A model generated the notes under the pieces. It searched no databases and was not told the origin of the DNA. It was given only the letters and a program-made list of their open reading frames with translations. Of a stretch of DNA of 64,000 bases, positions 31,111 through 44,290 are shown piece after piece (the first letter of the stretch is position 1; each line of letters opens with the position of its first letter). The stretch spans positions 4,960,001 through 5,024,000 of the forward strand of contig OZ024747.1 of NCBI GenBank assembly GCA_964016885.1, in the 5' to 3' direction. The position numbers were made by a program, and so were the translations under genes. This DNA comes from Eledone cirrhosa. Lineage: Eukaryota.

Positions 31111-31171
31111 TATTTTATCTGATGAGAGCGTACCAAAATGTTGGTATCCTTGAAATATATATAATAAAATA
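31111..31171 (+). ncRNA. Minimal type-I hammerhead ribozyme motif
   Basis: tattttat-CTGATGA-gagcgtacca aaatgt tggtatcctt-GAAA-tatata-TA-ataaaata, with an 8-bp stem I. Confidence 0.82.
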
Positions 31172-31214
31172 AATATGATTTTATAAAGATTGCTTACATT
31201 TATTAATCTTATTG

Positions 31215-31276
<62 letters not shown>

Positions 31277-31283
31277 CATATAT

Positions 31284-31618
31284 ATATTACTTCAAAATAT
31301 TAATAAATATAGACATTCATGTGATCAAATATATTTCATTATACATATTTCAGAGATACCGAGCTATTTCAACAGTACGTCCTCATCAGATAAAATAAGT
31401 TGATGCCTGACATACCTTGACTATGTTGATGGTTATAATTTAGTCATTATAACCATCAACATAGTCAAGGTATGTGAAGCATCAACTTATGTCAGGCATC
31501 AACTTATTTTATCTGATGAGGACGTACTGTTGAAATAGCTCAGTATCTCTGAAATATGTATAATAAAATATATTTGATCACATGAATGTCTATATTTATT
31601 AATATTTTGAAGTAATAT
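31284..31618. mobile_element. ~335-bp fold-back palindrome with hammerheads at 31332-31397(-) and 31505-31570(+); tail to ~31670
   Basis: The arms are near-perfect reverse complements centred near 31441, with a small duplication in the right arm. Motif: [19 protein letters not shown] II-GAAA-tatgta-TA-ataaaata. Confidence 0.9.
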
Positions 31619-31764
31619 TAATAACTCCAGAAAACCTTTTACTGTAGAGTGCTTATAATCTATTGTGAAACTTTATTCATTGATTAATTCATTGAACCTT
31701 GTTAAACTTTTAATAATAATAATAATATATATATATATATAAAATTTGCTCCGAACGAAATACC

Positions 31765-31855
31765 CGTGTCTGAAAGAACCTGCAGCTGTAGAATCAGTCA
31801 GATCCATACAGGGACCATGTTTCGAGCTACCTGCCGGCGAAACAATTGTAACACG
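31765..31855 (+). ncRNA. Hammerhead-like motif with long stem II and a 1-nt core insertion
   Basis: cgtgt-CTGAAAGA-acctgcagctgtag...ctacctgccggc-GAAA-caattg-TA-acacg, followed by AATAAA. Confidence 0.62.
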
Positions 31856-31984
31856 CAATAAATTAAGTCCAGATGCATCACTGATTTTTCGTTTTCTTTA
31901 TAATATCTACACTCTACTCTGCTGAATATCGAGTGCTAATTTTGGCATACCGCCTATGGAAGCACCATAGCTACCATTATACAC

Positions 31985-32035
<51 letters not shown>

Positions 32036-32468
32036 ATAGATAGATATATATGTCGACAAAATGAAGTAGAAATGTAAAACCAGAAAAGGAAGAGCTACAA
32101 AAATCGATAGCCATTGAAGAGGTCACCCAATAATTATATTGTTGTCCCCAAATAGCCAATACTACAAGAAGTATTGAGTTAAATAAAATATATTTATTCA
32201 TGACTTCACTTTCAGAATTATAATTCCGTTTCTAACTATTTTTCTTTTCTTTTATCTATTTATTCTTTTTTATTTTCTGCAAAACTGAGATTTGAAAAGT
32301 CCCATTAGGATAGAAACTGTAATTTAACTCTGGTAGCCCAATGAACAAACAACTGTGCGTGTGTGTGTATGTGTGTGTATATGTGTGTGTGTTTGTGTTT
32401 GTGTGTGTGTGTGTGTATTTGTGTTGTGTGCGTGTGTGTATGTGTGTGTTTATATAAAATATATATAT

Positions 32469-32534
<66 letters not shown>

Positions 32535-32680
32535 TAGAACATGTCTATAGAATCACAAGATAAAATATATACTATTTCCTCCTCATGAATATGTAATGTA
32601 TATATATATATATATATAAATACATATGTATATATATATATATACATATATATATATACATGTATATATATATATATATG

Positions 32681-32801
<121 letters not shown>

Positions 32802-33099
32802 GTATGTATATGTATATAAGCATAAACATACTATTTTAATTATACACAATCTACACTCCCATCAAGTCTAGTTTTTCAGCCCCCATCAAGCCTATCTTTT
32901 TTTTTATATATATTAGTAGTCTGGGGAGGAGCTAAAAGAACCCTTTTTTTAATCAATTTATCGACATATGGTAAATACGGATATGATAATACAGCAGAGA
33001 GGCCTTATTAGACCTTATTACACAAACAGCCATGTTGTTGTTGTTGTTTAGAGAGCAACCGTCTGGTTGTTAAAACATAACGCTCCCTACATCTCTAAT

Positions 33100-33645
33100 T
33101 ACATATATACATAGTCACGTAACTATATATATAAATATAGTAACGTGTAACTACATATATACACAGTAACATAAATATATACATACATAGTAACCTAACT
33201 ATATATATAAATATAGTAACGTGTAACTACATATATACACAGTAACATAAATATATACATACATAGTAACCTAACTATATATATAAATATAGTAACGTGT
33301 AACTACATATATACACAGTAACATAAATATATACATACATAGTAACCTAACTATATATATATACATAGTAACGTGTAACTACATATATACACAGTAACAT
33401 AAATATATACATACATAGTAACCTAACTATATATATATATATAGTAACGTGTAACTACATATATACACAGTAACATAAATATATACATACATAGTAACCT
33501 AACTATATATATATATACATAGTAACGTGTAACTACATATATACACAGTAACATAAATATATATATACATAGTAACCTAACTATATATATACATAGTAAC
33601 GTATAACTACATATAGACATTTATACATAGTAACGCAACTACATG
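33100..33645. repeat. ~70-bp higher-order minisatellite built from agtaac subunits
   Basis: Repeats of atagtaacgtgtaactacatatatacacagtaacataaatatatacatacatagtaacctaactatatat. Confidence 0.9.
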
Positions 33646-33723
33646 TATATATATAGTATTTACACATATATATATATATATAGTAACACAATTATATATA
33701 TGTATATATATACATACACACAC

Positions 33724-33759
<36 letters not shown>

Positions 33760-33794
33760 ATATACATATATATAATTGCGTTACTATATATACA

Positions 33795-33945
33795 TGGACA
33801 CACTAGAAGAGGAAGACCAGGGTTAACGTATGTTGATGCCCTAAGGACAGACACTGGTCTGTTGGAGACGCAGGACATGGCAGCGATAATGAGGGACAGA
33901 GACCGCTGGAGAGAACTCGTCCATGGATCTCGGGAATTTTACCCG

Positions 33946-33947
<2 letters not shown>
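33795..33947 (+). mobile_element. RTE-clade LINE extreme 3' end
   Basis: GHTRRGRPGLTYVDALRTDTGL...MRDRDRWRELV is the typical RTE C-terminus. It sits within (AT)n. Confidence 0.75.
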
Positions 33948-33981
<34 letters not shown>

Positions 33982-34280
33982 GTTAAAAATGTACATCCAC
34001 ATATTTCTGGAGAATAGAGGAAAGGTGTTTCCTCAAAAACCAGTATGACTCTAAAAACCGGTTTGTCTGTGTGTTTACATACAGAATAGCTGGACACTCA
34101 CAGTAAAGTGACCAGTGAAAAACTCGGTACATCTACATATGTACACGTGTGTGTATTCATATGCATACTAGTATTTCAGTATACATATGTGGATGTACAT
34201 TTTTAACTTAATTGTTTAAGCGTCAGTCATACAAAAGTGAGTTACAAACGAAACGAAATTTAATTTCGTTTCGTTATTTG

Positions 34281-34356
<76 letters not shown>

Positions 34357-34487
34357 GATAAATCTACCAAGAGTTTACGGTAGTGTCCAATCCGTATGAA
34401 GAACTCAATGTATTCCGGATATCATGGAAAGAAGAGATGTAATGAAAATCCAATTTCGGTGAAAGATAAACGGTATACAGAGTCAAG

Positions 34488-34882
34488 ATAAAATATTAAA
34501 CAAATAATGAACAAACAATTCCTTATATTAAACAAAAAAAGTTCACTATTTAACGATCGTTTCTAGGGTATACATGTGTTATAATTGGTATGCATATTTA
34601 ACAGATCTATGTACAAAATTATACAAAATTATACAAATTATCAAGATTAAATATACATACCTAACTCATATATACGCCGTCTTCTGAAGACGGCGTATAT
34701 ATGAGTTAGGTATGTATATTTAATCTCGATAATTTGTATAATTTTGTATAATTTTGTACATAGATCTGTTAAATATGCATACCAATTATAACACATGTAT
34801 ACCCTAGAAACGATCTTTAAATAGTGAACTTTTTTTGTTTAATATAAGGAATTGTTTGTTCATTATTTGTTTAATATTTTAT
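34488..34882. mobile_element. 395-bp near-perfect palindrome centred on 34685; tail at 34354-34487
   Basis: The centre reads gccgtcttc-t-gaagacggc. I saw only two arm mismatches. GAAAcgatcgTT lies in the left arm on the minus strand, with a mutated mirror on the right. (AT)n flanks both sides. Confidence 0.92.
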
Positions 34883-35417
34883 ATATATATATATATATAT
34901 ACTATATAGTACCGCAACTCTATATATTCATAGTAATGCACTGTTAAAAGTACGTACAAGTGTGATGACATTGTCCGACATGTTTTGTCCAATGTCCTTA
35001 TATTCGTGATTTCTGATTATATTTCGAACATGATTTTATCCCCGCCTTCCTCTGTCTGGTGGTAAGTTGTGTAGTTGACCTTGATAACAGGATCGAGCAG
35101 AGAGTGTTTCCTCTCAGGACAAACCTTCAATTTCTTCAAATATCACTTGAGTAGGAAGTCGATTAATAGACAGGGATATGAGAGCCTCCCGTAAATTTTA
35201 AGAAAGGTGGCCTAAAGGGGGCAACATAGATGGCGGTAAATGTTCCCACCTAAGTAGCTATAGATGGGTGAAAAGACCTGGGAAAAAAATTGCATTTGGT
35301 ATTTTAAAGCAACCTGAGTTTCATTAGGTTTGGGGTTGTTTGAACTTACCCGCTATGGATTTATCCTGTTTCATAATTTGTTCTCTACTACTAGATCGTG
35401 GTAATATTATTTATTCA

Positions 35418-35805
35418 GAGGGGCGGTGGATTGGCAGTATCGGTAGAGGGTCGGACGCCATGCTTTCCAGCATAGTTACGTCCCTTTACGATCTGAGTTC
35501 AAATTCCGCCGAGGTTGACTTTGCTTTTCATCCTTACGGGGTCGATATAATAAAGTACCAGTAATACCCTGGAAATATTTGCTAGCCTTGTGCCTAAAGT
35601 AGAAACAATTATTTATTCATAGATTCCCATTGAAGTATCCTCGGTAGATTGGCAGTGTTGGTAGAACGTGTTTTCTGGGATATTGTTACGTTCTGAGTTC
35701 AAATCCCGCTGATAAAATAAAGTACCAGTAATGTACTGAGGTCAATTTAATCGACTTTCCCCTCCCCAAAATGATTGGCTGTGTGCCTAAATCAGAAACC
35801 ATTAT
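35418..35805 (+). mobile_element. Two tandem SINE family A copies
   Basis: Both align to 2290-2514. Confidence 0.82.
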
Positions 35806-36181
35806 TCTTCGTTCGCTGTGGCTTGTTTCTCGTCTTCCTATATATTTCGTTTTTCTACTGTTCCCAAACATTTGGGCTCTTGGGGCCAGTATCATAAATG
35901 GTTATTAGGATCTTCTCGAATCTATGGCATTCTTCAATTGTCCCCAAATGGAGGTCCCTCTCTATCAGGAGCAGATATAAATTATTTATATAATATGGAT
36001 ATATTTATTATTTTTATATGGAAGCCGCCATTTTCATCCTGTTATAGTAATGTCCTCCTTATCTGTCGACTTTGTGGCAAATAAAAGGTCTTCTTCTTCT
36101 TCTTCTTCTTCTTCTTCTTCTTCTTCTTCTTCTTCTTCTTCTTCTTCTTCACCATCATCACTACTACTACTAGCACCATAA

Positions 36182-36240
<59 letters not shown>

Positions 36241-36655
36241 CACCACGACTACCACCACTACTACTACTACTACCACCACCACCACCACCACCACCACTAC
36301 CACCACTACTACTCCCTCCACCACCACCACTACCACACACCACTACCACCACCACCACCACTACCACCACTACTACCACCACCACTACCACCACCACTAC
36401 CACCACTACTACCACCACCACCACCACCACTACTACTATGACTACTTCAACGTTTCCCCATCCTGATAAGATGTTAGTTGACAGTTATGTATAGAGTAGA
36501 GTAAGGGTTTTCACCCTGGTTACCCACCATACCCCGATGGGACCTGACCCAGTTTCTATTGAGTGCTGGGTGGGGTGGGTACTTAGAATGTTGAACAAAA
36601 ACTCACACATATACACTATATATATGTATATATATATATATATACTCTCTCTCTC

Positions 36656-36776
<121 letters not shown>

Positions 36777-36969
36777 GACATAAACCGAAGTTGTAGCTGC
36801 CATATATCATCACCAGCTACATACATACATGCATATATATATATATATATATGCATGTATCTATATACGTAAATTCATAAGTATATATTTATGTATGTAT
36901 GCACGCAAGCCTACTTGCATATATGCAAGTATGGTTGTATGTAAGCATGCATGCATGCATGCATGTTTG

Positions 36970-37000
<31 letters not shown>

Positions 37001-37510
37001 TCATGTATGCAGTTTTCATATATGAACAAAGTGCAAAAGAGAAGAAGAGAGAGAGACTATGAAAGATATATAGAGAGAGAGGAAGAGAGAGAAGAAGTAA
37101 GAGTAGCCTGGAGTGAACGTGAGTGAAAACCATTATAATGGAACTTTTTACCATTTGATAGCCATTTCCATTTAATAACCCCTACTGATAAACAATTTCC
37201 TTGTTTATATGTCAAGACCCTTTCTTTAAACAAATTACCGTACGTATAGTAGATGGAACAACACCGCTGTCACCGACCAACACCAGCGCCACCAGCGCCA
37301 CCACCACTATCTTCTAAAGTCTTCAGTAAAGAAATTGATCGTACTAGAATGTCCCAGAACGACAGACTTTGTGTTTATTTGGAATTGTGTATTATTCTTT
37401 GCGTTAAACGACAATCAAGGGAGATAATATTTCAACACTATACACCAGAGCGTTCCAATCTTTTCACACTTATTTCAAAAATACAATTTTCCGTGATACA
37501 TTAATACTTT

Positions 37511-37611
<101 letters not shown>

Positions 37612-40114
37612 TACCATTACATTATCGAAATTAAGAAATATACAATTAAATATCATATCATATAGCATTAGTCATGTATTTAATTCAACGCAAAGTTATC
37701 AAATCTCAAATATATATTTCACACCCATATATACTTTTACATTGACAGGAATTCACCAGATTTTCCTTAATTTCGTAACACATCTAGTAACTATCGGTGA
37801 CACATTAAAGTGTCACTACACACAGTTTAGGAGACATCAGATATAAACAAGCTAGAAAAAATCTGTTTTTTTTAAGACAATTGATGACAGTAACGTGCTT
37901 GTTTCAGTTTTACTTCTTCACGAACTTGGAGTTTTACGTAGAAATCGAATAAGTAAAAAGTGATGAACTAAAATCTGTATATCGAAATCAATACAGGTCG
38001 TACTCTTGTGCAGATTCCCTTGACTCTGTCACCATCCAATTCTATTGTAGGTCCCACTGCTTGTACAGATAACTTGACTGTCACCATCCAATTCTATTGT
38101 AGGTCCCTCTTGTGCAGATTCCTTGACTGTCACCATCCAATTCTATTGGTCATTATATTCGGTAGGTCAGAGTGATTGCAGATCTACTTGATACAGGTCT
38201 TCCTTTGCACAATATATGGGACGTGGAGAGAAGAGACTGGTATGTATGGGCGACTGCAAAATTGCTGATATGTGCCTCGAAGGGCAACTTTATAGGTGTA
38301 AATCCCATGGTCACTCGTGATCCAAGGGGCTCTTTATCTTAAGCAGTCAGTTGGCTAATAATATTCTCCTCAGTTGGCAAAATCAGAGTGATCAATATAT
38401 AGAAATCAAGGAATCTAGCAGAATCGATAACGAATGATGTTCCTTCTTCTATTCTTTCCTCATATTCTTCCACTTCATTCACATCTTTCTAACACAGCTT
38501 ATTATTTCATTTTTAAAAAATGACCCTTCCAACGCATCAGAATTCCTCTAACTTCACCTCAAGATACACGGGCATATTTGATTTTTACCAATTCACCTGA
38601 GGTTCAAGTGTGTCGATGTCAAATCAAAGCACTTAATCTGTAGAGAAAGAGTACACATTATAAAACTTCTCAGGGCCTCTGAGGGAAACAGAGTGAATGG
38701 GATGAAGTTACTCTCAGACAGGCGACTAATCCGAATTCTCACAAGGGAGTGAAATCTGTTAAATCCTCTCGAGAGTTGGGTAGTAGAAGTGTTAAATCCT
38801 AGGAGACTGATTAGTTTTATAAGCCAAGAGATGAGCAGAAAATGTCAACTGACTATATGTCGGTGGTCGGTTTAATAAACTATGTATTAGTTGTAGGTCT
38901 TGAAATACCAATGATAATGTGGTCTGATGGACCAAGAATTGGTCTTGTGCTAAACAATATATTGTATAATGTAGTTCTGTATAAACCTACAGTGATAGGA
39001 TGGTCACGTTTGGAATGTCTCTGACCACAACGTCTGCTAACTCACTCGGGACTAAACAACATTAACGTTACCATCAACATTATCAACAACATCATCATCA
39101 TCAACATTATCAACAACATCATCATCATCATAATCAACATCAACATTACTGAGTTCAAATCCCGCCGAGGTTAACTTTGCCTTTCATCCTTACGGGGTCG
39201 ATAAAATAAAGTACCAGTAATACACTGGGGTAATTGCTGGCCTTGTGCCTAAAGTAGAAACAATTATCATTATCGTTAACACCGTCATCATCATCATCAT
39301 CAATCGTCATCATCACCATCATCATCATCATCATTTCATTCAATCAGTCTTTACGATATCATAATCTCCGTATTTGTGGGTTAAGGTATAACAGAAAGGT
39401 TATATCAATAACATGCTAACCATCCATCCCAGTAATATATTGGGGATTTGGTTCTGTCATCAATTCCTGATAATATTCCTTCATATTCTTTATCCATTTT
39501 TTCTTGTATTCTTTCTCTTTATTCTCTTTTTATTCTGTACGTTTGAGTATTACATATCACTCCTCCGTCTTCTCCTTCTTCTTCTTCTGCTTATTCTTCT
39601 TCTTCTCCTCCTCCTTCTTCTTATTCTTCTCCTCCTCCCTCTCCTTCTTCTTCTTCTTCTCCTCCTCTTCCTTGTTCTTCTTCTTTTCTTCTCCGCTTCC
39701 TCCTTCTTCTTCTTCTTCTTCTCCTCCTCCCCCTCCTTCTTCTCCCCCCCTTCTTCTCCACCTCCCCCTTCTTCTTCTTCTTCTTCTTGTTCTTGTTCTT
39801 CTGCTTCTCCTCCCCCTTCCACTTCTCCTCCTCCTCCTCTTCCTTGTTGTTCTTCTTTTCTTCTCCGCTTCCTCCCCCTTCTTCTTCTTCTTCTTCTTCT
39901 TCTCCTCCTCTTCCTTGTTCTTCTTCTTCTTCTTCTTCTTCTTCTCCTTCTTCTTCTTCTTCGTCGTCGTCGTCACCAATCTCCAGCCGCCATCTTCCCT
40001 ACCACCACACAACTCACTGCAATAATAAATCAATTAAAATGAAAAAAAGACAAACTTCCAGTCTAGTAGACAGCATACAGCTGTCGGATGTTTATTAAAA
40101 AAATATACAATATA

Positions 40115-40204
<90 letters not shown>

Positions 40205-40664
40205 GAGCAGTGGGGTGGATTAGGCCTGGTGGTATATATTGGAGTTAAGGGAGATACATGTTTGTACTGACTAACGGAGGCATAGAGTTTCTGGACTCCC
40301 CCTTGAGGTTTTCAGGCAAATATTGAGGGAATCTGAGAAGACCAATTCAAGATTGGTTTTGAAATGTTTTCTGGACGTAAGCATATACAAATATATTTCG
40401 TGTCGGTCCTCCGTCGTTTGCGACGACGAGTGATCTACTTGATTCAATAAACGGAACAGTCTGCTTGTTTGATTGTGAAATTAACGAGTATATGATTCCA
40501 CAGACACGTGCACCCTTAGTTCTCAGGGAGATTCAGTGTGACATAATGTGTGACAAATCGAGTTATGATCTTACTATCGTCACCTGAACAACCTAACCAC
40601 TAAGCCATGCATCTTCTCCATGTATATACATACACACACACAAATAGCGTTAGCTCAACCGTCC

Positions 40665-40721
<57 letters not shown>

Positions 40722-40801
40722 TACTGTTCTATATTTTTGAGACGAGGAATTATTTACATTATATATATTGGACGGATAGGTGTCCTCATCTTGTTTTGTT
40801 A

Positions 40802-40845
40802 ACAACGTTTCGGCTGATGTACTCTCCAGCCTTCATCAGGTGTCC
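40802..40845 (-). ncRNA. Minimal PLE hammerhead in the inverted pseudo-LTR (mirror at 42163-42206 with CTGGTGA core)
   Basis: acac-CTGATGA-aggctg...cagcc-GAAACGTT-gt, with palindromic aacgtt in place of stem III. Confidence 0.75.
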
Positions 40846-40949
40846 TAGTGATGTTATTATTAACGTTTGTTCAGGTCACTGCCTAGAATTGTACTCGGTA
40901 TCTTGAGGTTAGTAACCCGCTTTTTAACCACTTTTTTCCCTGTGATTCT

Positions 40950-41954
40950 TTGATGAAAATGTTGACCTTCTGTGTAGAAACTACCTACTTCAGAATGGAC
41001 ACTGATATATATCGACAAGAGGAGGGTTTAGCTATGGGTTCGCCATTATCATCAATAATAGCCAATATATACATGGAATTCTTTGAGAATTTAGCTTTAG
41101 GATCAACACCACTAAAGCCAACCCTATGGCTTAGATATGTTGATCACACCTTCATACTCTGGCCCCACCAAGAAGAGGTCCAAGTACTGCTAGATCATGT
41201 GAATTCAATAAAGCCATCAATGCAGTTCACAATGGAAAAAGAAAAAGACAATCATCTAACATTACTGGATGTATTAATAACACGCACTGAGTATGGGTTC
41301 AAGACATCCGTATACGGCAAGCCAACCTTCACTGGACGATACCTCAACTACAATACTCACCATCCATACAGTGTAAAGAGAGGGATGGTTCAGTGCCTAA
41401 AACATCGAGCAAAGAATATAAGTAGCGATCCTGATACACATCACGAAGAAATGATCAAGCTAAGTAACAATTTGTTAAGCAACAACTATCCAATAAACAT
41501 ACTATCCACTCCAATTAGGAAGGGGAGAGAGGATGAAACCTTAAAATTGACCACAGTCTGTCTACCCTATGTAAAAGGCCTCTCAGAAAAGATACAAAAG
41601 ATATGCGGTCCATATGACATCAGGACAGTATTCAAGAGTAATACAACACTTCGCAAATATCTCCTTCGAGTAGAACTACCAATAGAAGAGAATATGACCA
41701 AAGACTGCGTGTACTCCATCCCAGGCAGTTGTGGTAGGTTATACAAAGGCGAAACAGGCCGCCCCCTCAAAATAAGGATAGAAGAACATAGTAAAGCTGT
41801 GACACGAGGAGAGATCGATAAATCGGGTATAGCTGATCATGTATGGAAAGACGGAAATCAACTTTCTCTGTGGGATGAAGTTAAAATAATAGACAGAGAA
41901 CACGACTGGAAAACACGAAAACTAAGAGGCAGCACATATGCTGGGACACAATAA
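40950..41954 (+). pseudogene. PLE reverse transcriptase (C-terminal part) + GIY-YIG endonuclease, inactivated
   Basis: YRQEEGLAMGSPLS (RT4), WLRYVDHTF (YVDD mutated to YVDH), LLDVLI, CVYSIPGSCGRLYKGETGRPLKIRIEEH (GIY-YIG). It is 5'-truncated and has a frameshift near the 3' end. Confidence 0.92.
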
Positions 41955-42269
41955 CCTCCTAAGCAGACCTAGTGCAGATATGAGTAGTATATGGGGACCG
42001 GTGTAGAGGGGTGATAGAACAATGTCAGTTTATAAGCCCTAAAAAATATAAAACGAATCACGGGAAAAAAAAAAGTGGTTAAAGAGCGGACTACTAACCT
42101 CAAGATACCGAGTACAATTCTAGGCAGTGACCTGAACAAACGTTACTAATAACATCACTAGGACACCTGGTGAAGGCTGGAGAGTACATCAGCCGAAACA
42201 TTGTGTTAACAACAAAACAAGATGAGGACACCTATCCGTCCAATATATATAATATATATATATATATAT

Positions 42270-42465
42270 AGGAAAAAGTATGACCCCGACGGCAGAGCTC
42301 AAGCCGTTTCGGCAGAGCTCAAGCCGTTTCTGGAAATAGCCGTCGAAACGGCTTGAGGTCTGCCGTCGGGGGTCATACTTTTTCCTATTTCCCACTCTAC
42401 TACCCTAAGTATTGAGTACTTTGGTGCGTTATGGCCCATCTGGTTCCTTACCACAATTCCTTTGT

Positions 42466-42466
<1 letters not shown>
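42270..42466 (+). mobile_element. Family H copy abutting the PLE 3' end
   Basis: Same arms and tail with an internal ~19-bp duplication. Confidence 0.88.
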
Positions 42467-42511
<45 letters not shown>

Positions 42512-43128
42512 ATTGGATGTATGTGTAAATGATTGTGGGTGGGTGTGTTTCTGTTCCCCGTGGATTGTGGGTTTATGTGTGTATGTGTGTATGTGTGAAT
42601 GATTGTGGGTGTGTTCGTCTCCGCGGGATTTTATGTGCCTGTTGCGTGTTTAAGTGTTTGGGTGTGTGTGTGTGTGTTATACATATGTGTGTGTGTATGT
42701 GTTTGTGTACATTTGTGGGTACATGTATGTATGTATGTGAATATATGTGTATACGTGTGTGTGTGTGTTAAATAAACTCTGTGATTGGCTGAATTATTGC
42801 TGACGTTAACAAGTTAAATTGCAGTAAATATTTCCGCCAGGAAACTTATTTTACTCGTCTCTATCGTTGAATCATTAGTTAGGAACATAACACAACCCAA
42901 CATAAAAAATATTGAGATTATATAATATATGTAAACATGCTATACACTCGCAAGCTAACTATAAAGCCATCGAACATACAAACAAGAAAACAATAGTAAT
43001 CTTCTTATTATTCCCGGGAAGGTCATGGAAGGAGAGTCATCAAACACTCCTTCCAGTGGATTCTGTCTGAAGCAGGCGTTTCCAGTTGGTCCGGTTTGAT
43101 CCCCAAGTGAGAGCAGCCAATAATATAA

Positions 43129-43346
43129 AGGACGATCGACTTTCGCCAAATCGGCCCGAGGGAACAATGTTTCCGTCGGTCTTTCCAATTGCTAATACTA
43201 TCTATTGGTCGCAACTCCAAGTAGAAGGAGCAACGTGAAATAAAGTGTCTTGCTCAAGGACATAACGCATCGCCTGGTCCAGGAATCGAACTCACAACCT
43301 TACGATTGCGAATCCAATTCTCTAACCACTCAGCCACACGCCTTCA
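43129..43346 (-). mobile_element. tRNA-derived SINE with the same head as 9185-9432 but a different tail (other copies 7459-7601, 26660-26860)
   Basis: Head gaaggcgtgtggctgagtggttagag...gagttcgattcc; tail ...ttggaaagacc...ttggcgaaagtcgatcg. Confidence 0.82.
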
Positions 43347-43496
43347 CAGAGCAGCCAAGATCAGGGATATTATCCAACCATCATGCTCAGGGTCTACCTC
43401 TCTGTCTCCTGCCGGTTCGTTTTGCCCATAAAATCTGTCCAGCGATTCTTTCCTGAGAAATTCTAACCACATGGCTGTAGTATTAAAGAAAGTCTT

Positions 43497-43569
43497 CATC
43501 TATGGTGGTGCTCGAACCCACTACTCTCAGATTAAGAGTCTCGTGGTCTACAGACTGAGCTGGGGTAGA
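43497..43569 (-). pseudogene. tRNA-Lys(CTT) pseudogene or tRNA-Lys-derived element
   Basis: Minus strand agctcagtctgtagaccacgagactCTTaatctgagagtagtgggttcgagcaccac matches eukaryotic tRNA-Lys(CTT). The D, T and acceptor stems contain mismatches. Confidence 0.8.
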
Positions 43570-43849
43570 GGGACAATCAAAAATCGAAAATTTAATCTAT
43601 CATGATTGTGTCACAGATATCCTTCTATAATTATAATTCATCGTACAACACAAAAAGTAAAATTAACATATTTCAATTGACTTTTGACAAAGTACCAACA
43701 TTTGATATTTGATAAGAAGGTTAATATTTTTAAAACATTCTTTTTAAACATTTTAAAATTACAACATTCTGAGAAATCCAGGCATATTTTTTGCTCAACT
43801 AGTTTAGTTCACTATTATTATATATTAAGGTTACTGTATTTCAGTATTA

Positions 43850-44290
43850 GTGGAGGTACATTGCCTAGTGGTAAGTGTGTTGGACTTACGGTCGTCATGA
43901 GTTCGATTCCTCGACTGGGCTCTGTGTTCTTGAGCAAAACACTTCATTTCTCGTCGCTCCAGTATACTCAGCTAACAATGAATACCAGCAGTGTCTGGGG
44001 GTTTAACCTTGCGATGGACTGGGGCCAGTAATACACTGGGGTCACTTTAATCGACTTTTCGCTCCTCCAAAATTAGAAACCATTATTAGTGTTGAAGGGC
44101 TGTGAATTGGCAGTATCGGTAGAGGGTCGGACGCCATGCGTTGACGCATAGAGTTACGGCCCTTGCCATTCTGAGTTCAAATTCCGCCGAGGTTAACTTT
44201 GCTTTTCATCCTTCCGGGGTCGATGGAATAAAGTACCAGTAATGCACTGGGTGATTGCTGGCCTTGTGCCAAAAGTAGAAACAAAATTAG
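43850..44290 (+). mobile_element. CORE-like tRNA SINE followed by SINE family A pieces
   Basis: ttgcctagtggt...gagttcgattcc...ttgagcaaaacactt, then family A from 44094. Confidence 0.75.

Larger units (their letters stand above)
40721..42253 (+). mobile_element. 5'-truncated Penelope-like retroelement (Penelope/Poseidon-type) with inverted pseudo-LTRs, inserted in (AT)n
   Basis: 40758-40948 is the reverse complement of 42055-42253. The two arms flank an RT+GIY-YIG ORF and each carries a hammerhead motif. The left inverted arm has an extra tail (40721-40757). (AT)n lies on both sides. Confidence 0.93.

Noticed and set aside
34990-35400. Possible host exon in unique-looking sequence (also 5760-6180 and 38400-38830)
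   Set aside because: Stops interrupt the frames I examined and I recognised no protein motif.
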